Origin: Octopus vulgaris
Lineage: Eukaryota
DNA length: 64,000 nt
Assembly: GCA_951406725.2 (NCBI GenBank)
Contig: OX597816.1
Span: 171,678,001-171,742,000 of the forward strand
Direction of reading: 5' to 3'
Notes under the pieces: generated by a model
Databases searched by the model: none
Seen by the model: only the letters and a program-made list of their open reading frames with translations
Told to the model about the DNA's origin: nothing
Program-made: the position numbers and the translations under genes
Part shown: in pieces, positions 1-13,449 of the stretch
How the letters are laid out: the number at the start of each line of letters is the position of its first letter
Position numbering within the stretch: position 1 is the stretch's first letter

Positions 1-1250
1 TGTATGTATGTATGTATGTATGTATGTACGTACGTATGTATGGAGTGGAGCAATTGTGTATAGTTTTCTTTTCTGATTCGCTAGAACGTCTGTTAAATAT
101 AATGACGTAATGTTCGGTCTTCGCGTTCCAAGTCTCTTGGGTGTTGTTTCCTGTTGGTCTGCGTTCTCACATTGAACTTTGTTTTTAAAATCCCCGCACA
201 TGCGCCGGTTTGTTTCTTTTACTCAAAATAACTGCATATGCATATGCTTGACCTGATTTCTCTCAATAATGGTAAATGTGTTTATATGGTTCTCCAGTCA
301 TATTTCCCATCTGTGCATGCATGCATATTTATTCATATCTATGCACGCATGCATCCTGCAGGCGTGTGATTACAATTTCTCGTTACTTCCAAAGTTAAAC
401 ACCACAAACAAAAATAAATAAACTAAAATAAACAACGTGTAGATGAAGAAGTGAATGACACAAATGTACGAATTTTCTTTGAATTTCTTTGGCGAAAATA
501 TAAAAAATATTAATTCTAAAAATTATTCAGTTCTTTTCCAGAAAATGTTTTGTAGGAATTTTTTGTACTACATTTAAAAGAAGGACACCTACATACACAC
601 AAACGAAAGCATATACAACACTCGTACAATACAAAATGCCTTTGAGAAGATGCCGACGACCGCTCGGTTCAAAGTCTCCCTTGACCACAAGTGGCCTGAA
701 CTCTTTATATGAACACCACCCTGTACATAACTCCATGTCCCCCTACATGGCCATGCTTTTTGCTTTTTGAGCCAAAATTAACTAACTAACTAACTAACTA
801 ACCCTTTTTTACATGTTTGTTTTGTATGTTTATGTAAATCCATATATGAAAGTTCATATGTTTATGTACGTACGTATGTATGTATGCGTGTACGTTTCTT
901 TTTCAATTGCTTGAATTCTTTCTATAAGAAACGAGTTGCATTAAAAGTAAAAGAATCATCGCTGGAATTTGGATGGCGAAAACAATAAGTGAATAAGTGT
1001 TACACATTAAACATAGAAAAGTTTTCTACACACTCGCACACACATTTCGCTTAGAGATAGTATCTGCAAAGTGCATTAGCTGGTTGTTTTCTTTGTCTGA
1101 ATATCCTAGCTTTTCGAGATTGTCACTTAGACATCTAGTAACAAGGTCATGTCAATTTATATAATCTGCGTAGAGAAATGAAAGTTTTTGACGCAGTTGT
1201 CCATAGATATTCTCTTTTTCCAGCGATTTTTAAAAAAAGAAATTTTCATA

Positions 1251-1412
1251 GGCGTAGGAGTGGCTGTGTGGTAAGTACCTTGCTTACGAACCACATGGTT
1301 CCGGGTTCAGTCCCACTGCGTGGCACCTTGGGCAAGTGTCTTCTGCTATAGCCTCGGGCCGACCAAAGCCTTATGAGTGGATTTGGTAGACGGAAACGGA
1401 AAGAAGCCCGTC

Positions 1413-1494
<82 letters not shown>

Positions 1495-1709
1495 GATTGT
1501 ATATGTTTGTGTGTCTGTGTTTGTCCCCCCAACATCGCTTGACAACCGATGCTAGTGTGTTTACGTCCCCATAACTTTGCGGTTCGGCGAAAGAAACCGA
1601 CAGAATAAGTATCAGGCTTCCAAAGAATGTTCTGGGGTCGATTTGCTCAACTAAAGGCGGTGCTCCAGCATGGCCACAGTCACATGACTGAAACAAGTAA
1701 AAGAGTAAA
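1251..1709 (+). mobile_element. SINE family A (tRNA-derived head, internal (TA)n/(TATG)n microsatellite)
   Basis: A-box-like TGGCTGTGTGG, B-box-like GGTTCAGTCCC, CCTTGGGCAAGT segment and GACTGAAACAAGTAAAAGAG tail. Near-identical copies at 2526, 38711 and 60748. Confidence 0.85.
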
Positions 1710-2525
1710 CTTGCAAACCAACTGATCTCGATGACTGCATATAATTCTTCGTTTTGTCTCCCCCAAAACGATATTAGGCCTTTTTTTCATACACTTGGCG
1801 AAAGTTTTGATAAGAATGTTCCACCAATATTTTTTTGCTGTTGATAGGAATGTGTGTATTCATTAGCAAGGGCAATGCAATTAGTAGTTTGTAAACCTGT
1901 CTGAACTGGCACATATTTCATCATTTATCTTATACTGAGCCATTGTGTTACAAGGCATAGAGCTAACCCTTTAGCATTCAGATTATCTGTCAAATATAAT
2001 ACTTATTTATTCACATTGGTTTGAATTAAGCATGCGTTATCTTGTAGCTTTGAGATTTCGATAATGTAACTTTTTATTCTTAAAATGATATTGTGGAATA
2101 GTGAGGGAGGATAGATCAGGCTAATCTGAACATATAACAGATAGAATATTTGGGTGAGATATGGCTGGTTTAAATGCCAAAAGGTTAAACACTGACGGGG
2201 AGAATACACATGTGTATATAAATATTTTCATATACACACAGAACGAGCTTCCTTGTAGTTTCCGCCTACCAGCTTCACTCATTTGGCATTAGTCAATTCA
2301 AAATTATTGTAGAAAACCCTTGCTCAATGTGTCACACAGTGTGATTGAACAGGAATAGATGGTTACAAAGTGAACTTCTTAATCAAACAAAACTAAAGCC
2401 GCGCCTAAATGACCACCACTCAAATTTCTTTTCACTGCATTCGTGGATTCCCATTACTCTGAGTCGCCATTATTATGGATTTGAATCGAGAGCTTGAGTC
2501 ATATTGCATCTTTCATCAGCTGATT

Positions 2526-2707
2526 CTCTCTTTTACTCTCTTTTACTTGTTTCAGTCATTTGACTGCGGCCATGCTGGAGCACCGCCTTTAATTGAGCAA
2601 CTCGACCCCGGGACTTATTCTTTGTAAGCCCAGTACTTATTCTATCGGTCTCTTTTGCCGAACCGCTAAGTAACGGGGACATAAACAGACACACAAACAT
2701 ACATACA

Positions 2708-2770
<63 letters not shown>

Positions 2771-2931
2771 GACGGCTTCTTTCAGTTTCCGTCTACCAAA
2801 TCCACTCACAAGGCTTTGGTCGGCCCGAGGCTATAGTAGAAGACACTTACCCAAGGTGCCACGCAGTGGGACTGAACCCGGAACCATGTGGTCGGTAAAC
2901 AAGCTACTTACCACACAGCCACTCCTGCGCC
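2526..2931 (-). mobile_element. SINE family A, internal deletion
   Basis: Reverse complement of the 1251-1709 element. A more decayed copy lies at ~2243-2406. Confidence 0.85.
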
Positions 2932-3442
2932 TATTGCATAACAATAGACACCACCTCTATGGATGCAGGGTGGCTGATACTGAGATCAATATAATCGTCT
3001 TCGAGTGTCATATTTTTAGGGAATCGTGTAGAGAATTCATATATTGATCATGTAATTAGACCTGACTTAATCAACGATAGACAAACCTCAAATTTTGAGG
3101 CTTTATTATTTATTTTCACCAATTTATAAAAAAAATTAAAGTTGTAACTATTGTTTAGTCACATAAGTTCAAATACTGCCATTGCGTACTTAATTTTTCA
3201 TTGATATGGTATTGGTAACTCTAGTACCAGTCATATCTGGTGGAAATGCATTTGATCGTAGGTATACTTATCAGAGCAGAGCTTGAGTTGAACTACAACA
3301 ATGACGAAAACGATGACAACAATGGCGACGACAACGACGACTACGTCGACGATCTCCACCATACAAGTAAAAGAATAAGACTCCGCTAGGAGTCTTATTC
3401 TTAGGAACGATTTTGTAGCTGTTAAATTATTTACGCCTCTGA

Positions 3443-3656
3443 CAAGGCGGCGAGCTGGCAGAGACGTTAGCACGCCGGGCGAAATGCGTAGCAGTATTTC
3501 GTCTGCCGTTACGTTCTGAGTTCAAACTCCGCCGAGGTCGACTTTGCCTTTCGTCCTTTCGGGGTCGATAAATTAAGTACCAGTTACGCACTGGGGCCGA
3601 TATCTGTCCTTGTTTGTCCCCTCTGTGTTTAGCCCCTTGTGGGTAGTAAAGAAATA
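3443..3656 (+). mobile_element. SINE family B (tRNA-derived)
   Basis: AAGGCGGCGAGCTGGCAGA head and GAGTTCAAACTCC B-box. Flanked by the direct repeat ATTATTTACGCCTCTG (TSD). Confidence 0.85.
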
Positions 3657-3877
3657 ATTATTTACGCCTCTGGCAACTTATTAAAATTTTCTTTAAACAT
3701 TCCACGCACGTTAGATAAGAAAATGTTCTGTAAAAATATTTAAAAAAAAAAAATTCAGATACAATAATGAATTTTACAAAAAAAAAAAAAAAAAAATCGA
3801 GAAGAAAGCATTAAAGTTTGGGGAAATGTGCAGGGGTGCATTTAATCAATCACAGTGTTTGATTGATAATTTTTCTC

Positions 3878-4277
3878 GGATCTTTTCGGTTTGAACGGCA
3901 GTTTTTTCTAGCGGTGTCATATGAAATTGTCACTCATAATTATGACCCTAGTATCGATCTATTGCATTTCAATCTGTTTTAGGGTTAGGGTTAGGGTTAG
4001 GGGTGGGGGGAAGGGTATCTTTTTTTCTTCACAAATGTAAATAAACCCAATCTGTTTCTTAAACGAGGGACATATTCATACAGCACAGAATGCTTTTTAA
4101 CTCAATTGCAGAAATTGAAGAAAAACAACAACAAATATCTAGCAAATTATAGAATTTTCTCAATAAAGCCAAGAGAAAAAGATGTTTTATAAACACATTC
4201 TACCAGTATACGAAGTTTAAAATTTTTTAGTTACCTAGAAATTATGCTAAAAACTGCCGTTCAAACCGAAAAGATCC
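3878..4277 (+). mobile_element. MITE with GGATC TIRs and internal (TTAGGG)n
   Basis: ~28-bp TIRs; 8-bp TSD TTTTTCTC on both sides. Confidence 0.9.
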
Positions 4278-4623
4278 TTTTTCTCTGTTGGCTCCAGAAA
4301 GTTGCAAGGTAAAATTTGACCATAGCGGGATTTGAAGTTAAAAACGTATATATTCGCGATTGAATGTCACAAAATATTTCCTGCTCTGGTCGAGCAGCGA
4401 AGTTATCACTCCGCCGACTTAAAATTTGAAAGAATGATATTTTCTCACATTTGAACAAGGCTTCAAAATTTTGGTGGGCTAAGTACTGTATTTCTAACCA
4501 CTCCTATATTTAACAGATACCTTGGTTTACTGCCACCTCGTAGAGGGTTGAAAGAGAAATGACAAACCCTGCAGAATTTGAACTCAGAGCGTAAATGCCT
4601 CAAAGAACTTTATATGATGTCCT

Positions 4624-5040
4624 TATTTCTTTACTACCCACAAGGGGCTAAACACAGACGGGACAAACAAGGACAGACAAACGGAGTAAGTCGATTATAT
4701 CAACCCCCGTGCATAACTGGTACTTAATTTATCGACCCCGAAAGGATGAAAGGCAAAGTCGACCTGGGCGGAATTTGAACTCAGAACCTAACGGCAGACG
4801 AAATACCTATTTCTTTACTACCCACAAGGGGCTAAATACAGAGGGGACAAACAAGGACAGACAAACGGATTAAGTCGATTACATCGACGCCAGTGCATTA
4901 CTGGTACTTAATTTATCGACCCCGAAAGGATGAAAGGTAAAGTCGACCTGGGCGGAATTTGAACTCAGAACCTAACGGCAGACGAAATACTGCTAAGCAT
5001 TTCGCCCGGCGTGCTAACGTTTCTGCCAGCTCATCGCCTT
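4624..5040 (-). mobile_element. SINE family B with tandem duplication of its 3' ~180 bp
   Basis: Two consecutive B-box-to-tail units and a degenerate ~20-bp TSD (AGAACT.TATATG.TGT). Confidence 0.85.
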
Positions 5041-6199
5041 AGAACTGTATATGGTGTTCTGCCAATTCTACCGTCTTCTCATTATTTAATTCCACATTTA
5101 ACTGGGTTAGGGTTAGGGTTAGTGTCTATTGAATTTAGTGCTGGCTCCCTTGGCTTTTTCGATCTCAATGCGATACAAGTATAACCTTGATTAAATTCAA
5201 GTTATCATGTTGAAGAATTTAAGTATGTTAGCAGTTCTATAAAATATTATTTTCCAAATTTGAAACAAGTTCCCAAATTTTGCTTGGAGGAAATATTTTT
5301 TCATATCAACCGAGTTTCATGATTCACTGACTGAATTCGAACCAAGAACCACAAGGTATTTAGTTTTGTCAGTGTAAGTGAAGCTAAATATACAAGTGTG
5401 TATGTTTAGGTCTCTCTGTCCCCCCCTCTTTCTCTCTTTTACACACACACACGCACACACACGCACACACACGCACACTCACGTACATAAAATTATATTT
5501 GCCTTTGATTTCGATACACGAGTGTCCAGTTTTTGATCAACTGAACTACCTACTCATTGAATGACCGCGATCAAATATTCCAAATACATGAATATCCTTT
5601 ACGTCACTCTCAAGTAGAATTTATGTCATACAGTGTGAGACGATGCTGGAACCTTAAATTACTGGTACAATCCATTCAACAGGCTTCCGCACAGTTTCCG
5701 TCGAACAAGTTTCACTCGCAGGGCTTAGGATGATCTGAATCTATAATAAGGGGGCCTGCCCATAATTCCACGCTGTATATCACGACGTATAACACGCGGT
5801 GGAATTGAAACCGTAACCTCGTGGTCGCAAAGCAGACTTCTTACACCACTTTCCATACACACACGCACATATACATACTTGGACACGTATGTGTGGTTCG
5901 TATACATAATAAATAAACATTACAAGTACGTACATACAAGAAATAATTGTGTGTTTATGTGAATGTGTGTATGTGTGCATACTACCCGTAAATGTAAGTG
6001 TGTGAGCGTATGCATATACAGTTAAGTAAACAGTTTCGTTGTTGAAAGATAACGAATGATCAAACCTTCGATATTGCAGTCGATATCTCTTTATGATAAA
6101 CACTAGTTTAGACTTGTATCTTACCACTTGAAATAATGCTCTTTGTCATCAGTGTATTGATCACACACACGCACACGTACACGCACGCACACGCACGCA

Positions 6200-6230
<31 letters not shown>

Positions 6231-7408
6231 GCGCGCAAGAGTACCGCCGAACAGAATATTATCAGAAACGACATTATCTCCAATGACCAGCTGAATGTGT
6301 CATCAGCTAATGATCAAGACACTTTAACCCTCCCCCACTCACCCCAACCTCTCTCTCTCTGGCTTCCATAGTCTGGATCTGAACTTGAGATATGTATCAC
6401 TGAGATTGTGTGGTGCTCATGCCCTTCTTAATAACATTCATTATTCAAGTAAAATAAGATAGTGCAAAACTTTGAATGGTTAACATTTTGTAGGCAAAAT
6501 ACTGATTACTGATATGGCCCCAAAGTTTTAGGGTTTCAAGTTTAGAAGTAATTATACCATTCGACCGACCGTGGTCGAGACAATGGAATTTACCATGCTA
6601 CGCCAGACTTCACGATCCATCATGGCATTACGGAGGTCCTGTTGCTGGATGCCTGTATCCCTGGAGAACGTGATCAGAGACAGGACCCGGCAAAGCAGGG
6701 GCTGGACCTATATCCGCAGGTATACCATTAGGTCTGGTTCCCTGGGGAGAGGAACCCTGGTACAATTAATTGTAAATTCCATAGTCTTTTCAAATGGCTA
6801 ATAATGTGTGCGCGCGCCACTACTACACACACTGGAAAGCATTGTACAACCAAGTACTAAAGAAGATCTTTCCTCCTCCATGAAACAAAGCTGTTCCCGC
6901 TGGACGTCAACCCAGTATTTCTAAGCTACGGACCGAGTGATTTATTGTAAGGTTATCTCCCTAGATAGATTGCCTTCACTACGGCTAAGGAGCCCTTTCT
7001 ACCCCCCAATTATATCATAACTGGTGATTAAAAGGGGACGCTGCGCATTAATCAAATGGAAATTGCTGGAACGGCCTGGGCTGTATATGAGTGGAAGTAG
7101 ACATTGCCAGCATAGCTTTACGGAGAGAAGAATCATTTCAAAAAATTCACACGACCCAGATACTCTCCTAAACTCAATAAACGAGATTTTCGGAGGCTGC
7201 CCACATAAATGTAAATTCGTGGGCGTATCCATTTTTGCACTAGGGGACGCCATATAGGTATACGCACACACACATACACGCGCCCGCTCAATGGACTAAC
7301 ATCGATCCATGGAAAATAACTAATTTTTTTCTCCCGGAAAATGTTATCATTTTTTAGCTATGTTTCGTTCCCTTTCTTTCACCAACACCGAGCCAGCCAT
7401 AGTTTATA

Positions 7409-7904
7409 CTAGCAATGCATCCCGGCGTTGCTCAGGTGTCATGACCTACATCCACGTATTATTTGTTCCTTTCTTATGGGCAGAATCGGCACACCAGGAA
7501 TATGAAGCAAACAACTCTTTTTTGGTAATTTTCTGATGAACAACGCTGCAGTTTCCGTCTACTAAATTCTGTCACAAGTCTGTGGTTGGCCTAGGGCTAT
7601 AGTAGAAAACACTTGCCCAAGGTACCATGCAGAGGGACTGAACGTGGAACTATGTGTTTGGGAAGCAAACTTCTTAACCTCATAGTCATTCTTGCACCTA
7701 AGTTTGTTCAGGCAGAGTTGCCTCTCTTAGCTAAATACCACAAAATCGTGCAACCCGACCTCGTTTTCGATGTCAGTTTCGTAATGAAAAAGAGTTGTAC
7801 AAAAGACATAGTTTATCTGGCAGCTGAAAGATTACTGAATCTTTTGATACCTCACACGTCGAAATCGGCAACTCAGTTTCTGAAACCATAAGGAACATGC
7901 GCGC

Positions 7905-7958
<54 letters not shown>

Positions 7959-7977
7959 CCTGTTTTATATATTAAGA
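7409..7977 (-). mobile_element. Non-autonomous Helitron-like element containing a decayed SINE A (~7548-7700)
   Basis: Minus strand reads A|TCTTAATATATAAAA...(TG)n...CCTGAGCAACGCCGGG-ATGCATTG-CTAG|T: 5' TC, 3' hairpin plus CTAG, A/T target. Confidence 0.55.
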
Positions 7978-8186
7978 TATAGTATAAAAGCTAGTTTCAC
8001 CGCCCTTACGCTTAATCACAGGGATTGCTTTGCTCAGTGGTTCTCAATGTTACAAATACCACCACCATTGTCCCCCCTCCCTATTATGCAGAAGACAGAA
8101 TAAGAATCCTTTAATATACACATCTTGACAGCGCGACATTTTATAGACCAGCGTTAGAATTGATGAAAACGAAAAGTGATGATAGG

Positions 8187-8250
<64 letters not shown>

Positions 8251-8284
8251 ATGTAAATATATGTGACAACTATTCGGTAGCCAT

Positions 8285-8345
8285 GATAAAACTCCGAGTT
8301 TCGGATGCCGCGGTGGAAATCCACGCCGCCATCTCTTCAGTTATC
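8285..8345 (-). ncRNA. Type I hammerhead ribozyme motif
   Basis: GATAA-CTGAAGA-[GATG..GTGGA TTT CCAC..CATCC]-GAAA-CTCGGAG-TT-TTATC. Confidence 0.75.
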
Positions 8346-8409
8346 CGGCCATCGGAAAACTGTTATGAAAAAAAAAACTCTTTTTTTCATACCATTTTTT
8401 CCATGGCCG

Positions 8410-8470
8410 GATAGCTGAAGAGATGGCGGCGTGGATTTCCACCGCGGCATCCGAAACTTGGAGTTTTATC
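8410..8470 (+). ncRNA. Type I hammerhead ribozyme motif (inverted partner of 8285-8345)
   Basis: GATAG-CTGAAGA-stem II-GAAA-CTTGGAG-TT-TTATC. Confidence 0.75.
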
Positions 8471-8954
8471 ATGGCTACCGAATAATTGTCACATATTATT
8501 ATATTTACAGATAAATTCCTCTATTTACATAATATCGAGGTCTCTTTCATTCTATTGTTGTCTGGCAGGATGAAGCGGCTGACCTCCCTTGTTCGAAGGT
8601 TTGTAATGGACGCAGGTTGTGTGTCAAATAGCTAGCTTGAGGCGGTGGCCTCTTGGAGCTAATCAGCGACAGCTTTAGTCTTATATTTATAAGACTGCCA
8701 TATTAGTATGGCGATAACTATTAATTTCCAGTAACGCTGCCGTAATCTCCTTTAGAGAGACTTAGTAATTTTAATATTTCTATTATATATATATAAAAGC
8801 CGTTCATTTCACTGTTGAAGTGAATCGAACGGCTTTTGTGTGTTTCTTAAATGGCTTACAAACACCTTCCACGCTGCAATTGTTTTCGTTTCAGCACACG
8901 ATCTCAGATCAAATCACTTGCTATGCAAGTACATCTCCGTAATATATATATATT

Positions 8955-9115
8955 CATAAATAAGGGTGAAAAATTAGATATTAATTTAATAATACCATCG
9001 GTTTAACACCAAGTGGCTTAGCACATAAAAATCAGGGAGACAATACAAATTTATACATAAATATAAGAGAGTTACCGTTAAGTGGTTAACTCTAGTGCTA
9101 AAAATAGCTCCCTAT
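8955..9115 (-). repeat. Interspersed AT-rich repeat, same family as ~21325-21490
   Basis: Shares GCTATTTTTAGCACTAGAGTTA...GGTATTATTAAATTAATATC...TTTTTCACCCT with 21325-21490. Confidence 0.65.
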
Positions 9116-10622
9116 TCTGGTATATTATATTATATTACATTATATTATATATTATATTTGAGTAAGACATTTAAGGAGTAAAGGTAAAGTTAATGATAAT
9201 TAGTGGTTCAATTGTTTGTTTTATGAATAGAGAATTTGTAGAACAATATGGATAATTACAACGGTTATCACTAATCAATAGATCATTCTAAAAATACACA
9301 ATCTTTTGATGTTGTGATAAGAGATAAAAGTTCATTTGTTTTTAGTTTGTTATTTTCACCTAATGTGGTCAAAGTGATACACTCTTACTTCTCGAATGAA
9401 CACTATTATTTTTTGGCTGTTGTTTAGCTCTAGGTTAGCGGATGGTCAAACGCATTCCGACGTTGATTATTAAAACATTGACCGATGGTCTAACGTGTCC
9501 TTTCGTGATGGAATTTAAGAGATTTTGGTTGTTATCACTAACAGGCTGAAAGAGCGTGTTGACGCTTCCCTCGATTCGTTTATACCAGTAGGTTCTGGTG
9601 GTTACGAAAGGGTTGTTGTTCCTCAACACATCTACTTAGTAGTGTGGTGTGTGCATCCCAGAACAGTTTTTGGAGGTTAATAGCGATATTTAAGCTGCCG
9701 ACGTATTTGTGTGCATGTATTTTTATGTTTGTATGAGCTGATTAAAAAGGATAGTATTTTTAAGATAGGATTTTAGTGCTTTCCTGGATGCGTTCTACAA
9801 CTGTGGTTCTCAAACCGACCAAAGCATCCCCACTCTTTAAAAATATTACAAACAGATTTTTGCCCCTCCCTGCACACCATCTTTATTAATAAGAGGACAG
9901 CACAGAGTTTGCATGACGCTGGACAAGTTTAAAAATTAAAACTATCTTAATTTTATTTAAGATGATAATTTGTCCGCCCTTCTTACGAAGCCAAAACCCC
10001 ACCTCCTTTGAGAAACACTATTCTAGATATATTTGAAGTTTTTTTTTCTTTTGGAGAGAAAGGGAGAACTTGAGGGTTGAAGCTTGTTGCAACAAGTTAT
10101 GCTGCTCCCATTTTCATACGGCCTTTCATTTTTATTTCGGTGGACTGTGGGTGGATTGAGGGTGTAATTTGTGTGCTGTCCCTGATAATGTGGAGTGTAC
10201 TGTTTCGTGTTTGTTTTTTGGAGCTTATTGCAGTTTGGAGTAAAATGTAGAGGGAGGCCCAGAGATGATATGATAATGCAAGATGGATTGTGCATCAGTG
10301 CTCTTGTTTCTTCATCTTGAATACACATACGTGCGCGATGTGTGTGTGTGTGTGTGTGTGTGTGCATGTGTGTGTGTGCGTGCGTGTGTGTATGTCTGTG
10401 TGCGTGTGTGCATGTGTGTGTGTGTGTGTGTGCATGTGCGCGCGCACGTGTATGTATGTGTGTGTGTTTCAGAGTTTTAAATGTGTTTTGTGCCTAGTTT
10501 GTTTTCCTGAATTTTGTAAACGTCTTTTAGAGCTGTTGTAAGTAATTTACGGTATTGTACTCGCGCGCGCGTGATACATTTCTGTTGATAGAAGGTCGAT
10601 TATATTTGATTTTCTTAGGTGA

Positions 10623-10841
10623 AAGGCGGCGAGCTGGCAGAAACGTTAGCGCGCCGGGCAAAATGCTTAGCAGTATTTCGTCTGTCGTTACGTTCTGAGT
10701 TCAAATTCCGCCGAGGTCGACTTTGCCTTTCATCCTCTCGGTGTCGATAAATAAAGTACCAGTTTCGCACTGGGTCGATGTAATCGACTTAATTCCTTTG
10801 TCTGTCCTTGTTTGTCACCTTGTGGGTTGTAAAGAAATAGG
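10623..10841 (+). mobile_element. SINE family B
   Basis: Family head and B-box; 20-bp TSD TATTTGATTTTCTTAGGTGA. Confidence 0.9.
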
Positions 10842-11003
10842 TATTTGATTTTCTTAGGTGATGTGGATAAAAAGAGAAATGGTTGTTGTTGTTGTTGCTT
10901 ATTCTCAGGTTAGCCCTGGTTAATCACACTTATGATCAAAACAACCCGGTCGTGGCTATCTCAACTCCTTTCCAAGCATAGTGTATCTAAGACTATATTA
11001 TCC

Positions 11004-11423
11004 GGATCTTTTCGGTTTGAACGGCAGTTTTTAACATAATTTCTAGGTAACTAAAAAACGTTAAACTTCGTATACTGGTAGAATGTGTTTAGAAAACATC
11101 TTTTTCTCTTGGCTTTATTGAGAAAATTCTATCGTTTGTAAGATATTTGTTGTTTTTTTTCTTCAATTTCTGCAATTTCAACCAATCAATGACGTCCATT
11201 GAGGTAAAAAACATTCTGTGCCGTATGAATATGTCCCTTCTTTAAGAAACAGATTGAGTTTATTTACATTTGTGAAGAAAAAAGATACCTACCCTTCCCC
11301 CCACCCCTAACCTTAACCCTAAAACAGATTGAAATGCAATAGATCGATACTAGGGTCATAATTATGGGTGACAATTTCATATGACACCGCTAGAAAAAAC
11401 TGCCGTTCAAACCGAAAAGATCC
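11004..11423 (-). mobile_element. GGATC-TIR MITE
   Basis: TIRs; TSD TATTATCC/TATCATCC. Confidence 0.9.
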
Positions 11424-12518
11424 TATCATCCAATATGTCCTTCCATTTTTAAGACAGTAAGGTGTAATATGGTGATTTAGTTGTTAATTCAAGCAGATCG
11501 AGTGACTACTTAGATGTTTCCGTTGTGTGAGCAATTTAAACGCGACCATTCTGTCTTTTTCCAAACACTCTCCAACGGTAGAGTGTGATTTGTGAGATTC
11601 AGCTGTTATACTTAGCTCTTTCATTGACTCACTCTTAGTGTCTTGTGTTGCCTGCTGTCTCTTTGCGAAGTTTGTGTTGGGCTACTTCAACCTTTTCGCT
11701 GATATTATTATAATCTGCGTTGTGTTGAGTCATTCGTTACTTCTTAATTTTCCTTAGTCTCGGTGTTGAGCTAAACGCTGGACTATTTATATTTTCTTTA
11801 TCAACTTTTCATCCTTCAACCAACGTTCCAGCCGTGACCAAACAACCTTTTTTAGATCTGTACACAAGAGTATTAGGGCGATAGTATGTTATTTATGGGA
11901 GATATGGCTACTAATCCTACTAGGGTGAGTGACCGCGTAAAGGCCTCTTATTACAGCTAGATAGAATGGACTACTGAGAATGAAATGTCGTTTGTATGAT
12001 GAGAACGTGACTGTGTCACCAAAGGACATGAAGCATTTATTTTTGCCATTTGTATGAGACCTTATCGACTCGGTCGGCTACATCTCTATTAGATATAATT
12101 AAAAGTGTTTTTCTTGTTTTTTTTTATTATAGAAAGCTAGTTAGATAATTTGAAAATAAACATGAAATATTTCAAACGTTTTTAGCTCGATTTATACAAA
12201 GAAAATGAAACCTCAAAATTTAAAGTTCTTTACAAGATTCTTAATCGTAGAAATATTTTTGATAATTAAATATCTTCTTATTCTTTGGCAAGTGAATTGA
12301 AATTATTTCATGATAAACAGAAAAGTCCAAAATTCGGAATGGAAGCTTGTGGCCTTGTGGATCATACAGAATAAGCTGAGGAGTGAATCCCACAAAAAGC
12401 AGGGTTCAGATATGAATGGAGATACCCAATAGTTGTCGGTTCTGTCCGTTATCCGAGCTGCATTATTTTTGTTTGCTTGAGCGCATGCGTATGGGTCAGT
12501 GTGTCTGCGCATACACAT

Positions 12519-12905
12519 GTATGTATGTATGTATGTATGTATGTATGTATGTATGTATGTATGTATGTATGTATGTATGTATGTATGTATGTATGTATGT
12601 ATGTATGTATGTATGTATGTATGTATGTATGTATGCATGTATGTGTGTATGTATGTATGTATGTATGTATGTATGTATGTATGTATGCATGTATATGTGT
12701 ATGTATGCATGCATGCATGCATGTATGTATGTATGTTTGCGTGTGTATGTATGTATGTATGTATGTATGTGTGTATGCATGCATGCATGCATGTATGTAT
12801 GTATGTATGTATGCATGAATGTGTGTATGCATATATGTATGTGTGTGTGTGTGCGAATGCATATATATATATACGTATGTATGTGTGTACGTTTGCGTGT
12901 ATGTA
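12519..12905. repeat. (TATG)n compound microsatellite
   Basis: Directly visible tetranucleotide array. Confidence 0.95.
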
Positions 12906-13449
12906 TTCTGCATATTGATGTGTTTGTATTTGTGTGTTTGTGTTCATGTGTATGGATTTTTGTGACTATGTACTGTGTCTGTATGTATAGATGTGCATCT
13001 CCATCTATGTGGACATGTGTCTCCATATGTGTCCTTGTGTGAAGTGAAGTGTGTGTGTATATATGGTCATGTGTTTCGGTCTCCATTTGCGTATGTGTGT
13101 ATGTATGTGTGCTTGTTTGTACATATTACCTATGTACCTATCCGTCTGTATGTCTATCTGTTTACATTCATATCCACATGCCTACATACATACACAAATG
13201 AAGACTGAAACACATGACCATATACACACATACACTTCACTTCACACAAGGATGCATATGGAGACACATGTCCACACATATGGAGATACACAGCCATACA
13301 TACAGACAAAGTACATAGTCCCCAAAACTATCGTTTTAAAGATATCTTTAAGGATTGTCTTACGATTCTTTTCTGCCGTATTCTAATGACCTTTCAGTGC
13401 GAAGAAGTAGCGACTCAACCTTGAGTGACTCCTTGGCTTCCAACTTACG

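Noticed and set aside
5104-5122. (TTAGGG)3 as a telomere or fusion site
   Set aside because: Too short; similar runs are carried by the MITE family.
8796-8838. Hairpin AAAAGCCGTTC...GAACGGCTTTT resembling an intrinsic terminator
   Set aside because: Eukaryotic DNA; it is a small inversion junction of a repeat inside (TA)n.
12303-13086. Long ORFs rich in YIHT/MYVC (also near 25.8, 27.2, 47.7 and 58.9 kb)
   Set aside because: Translations of stop-free microsatellites in several frames; not genes.
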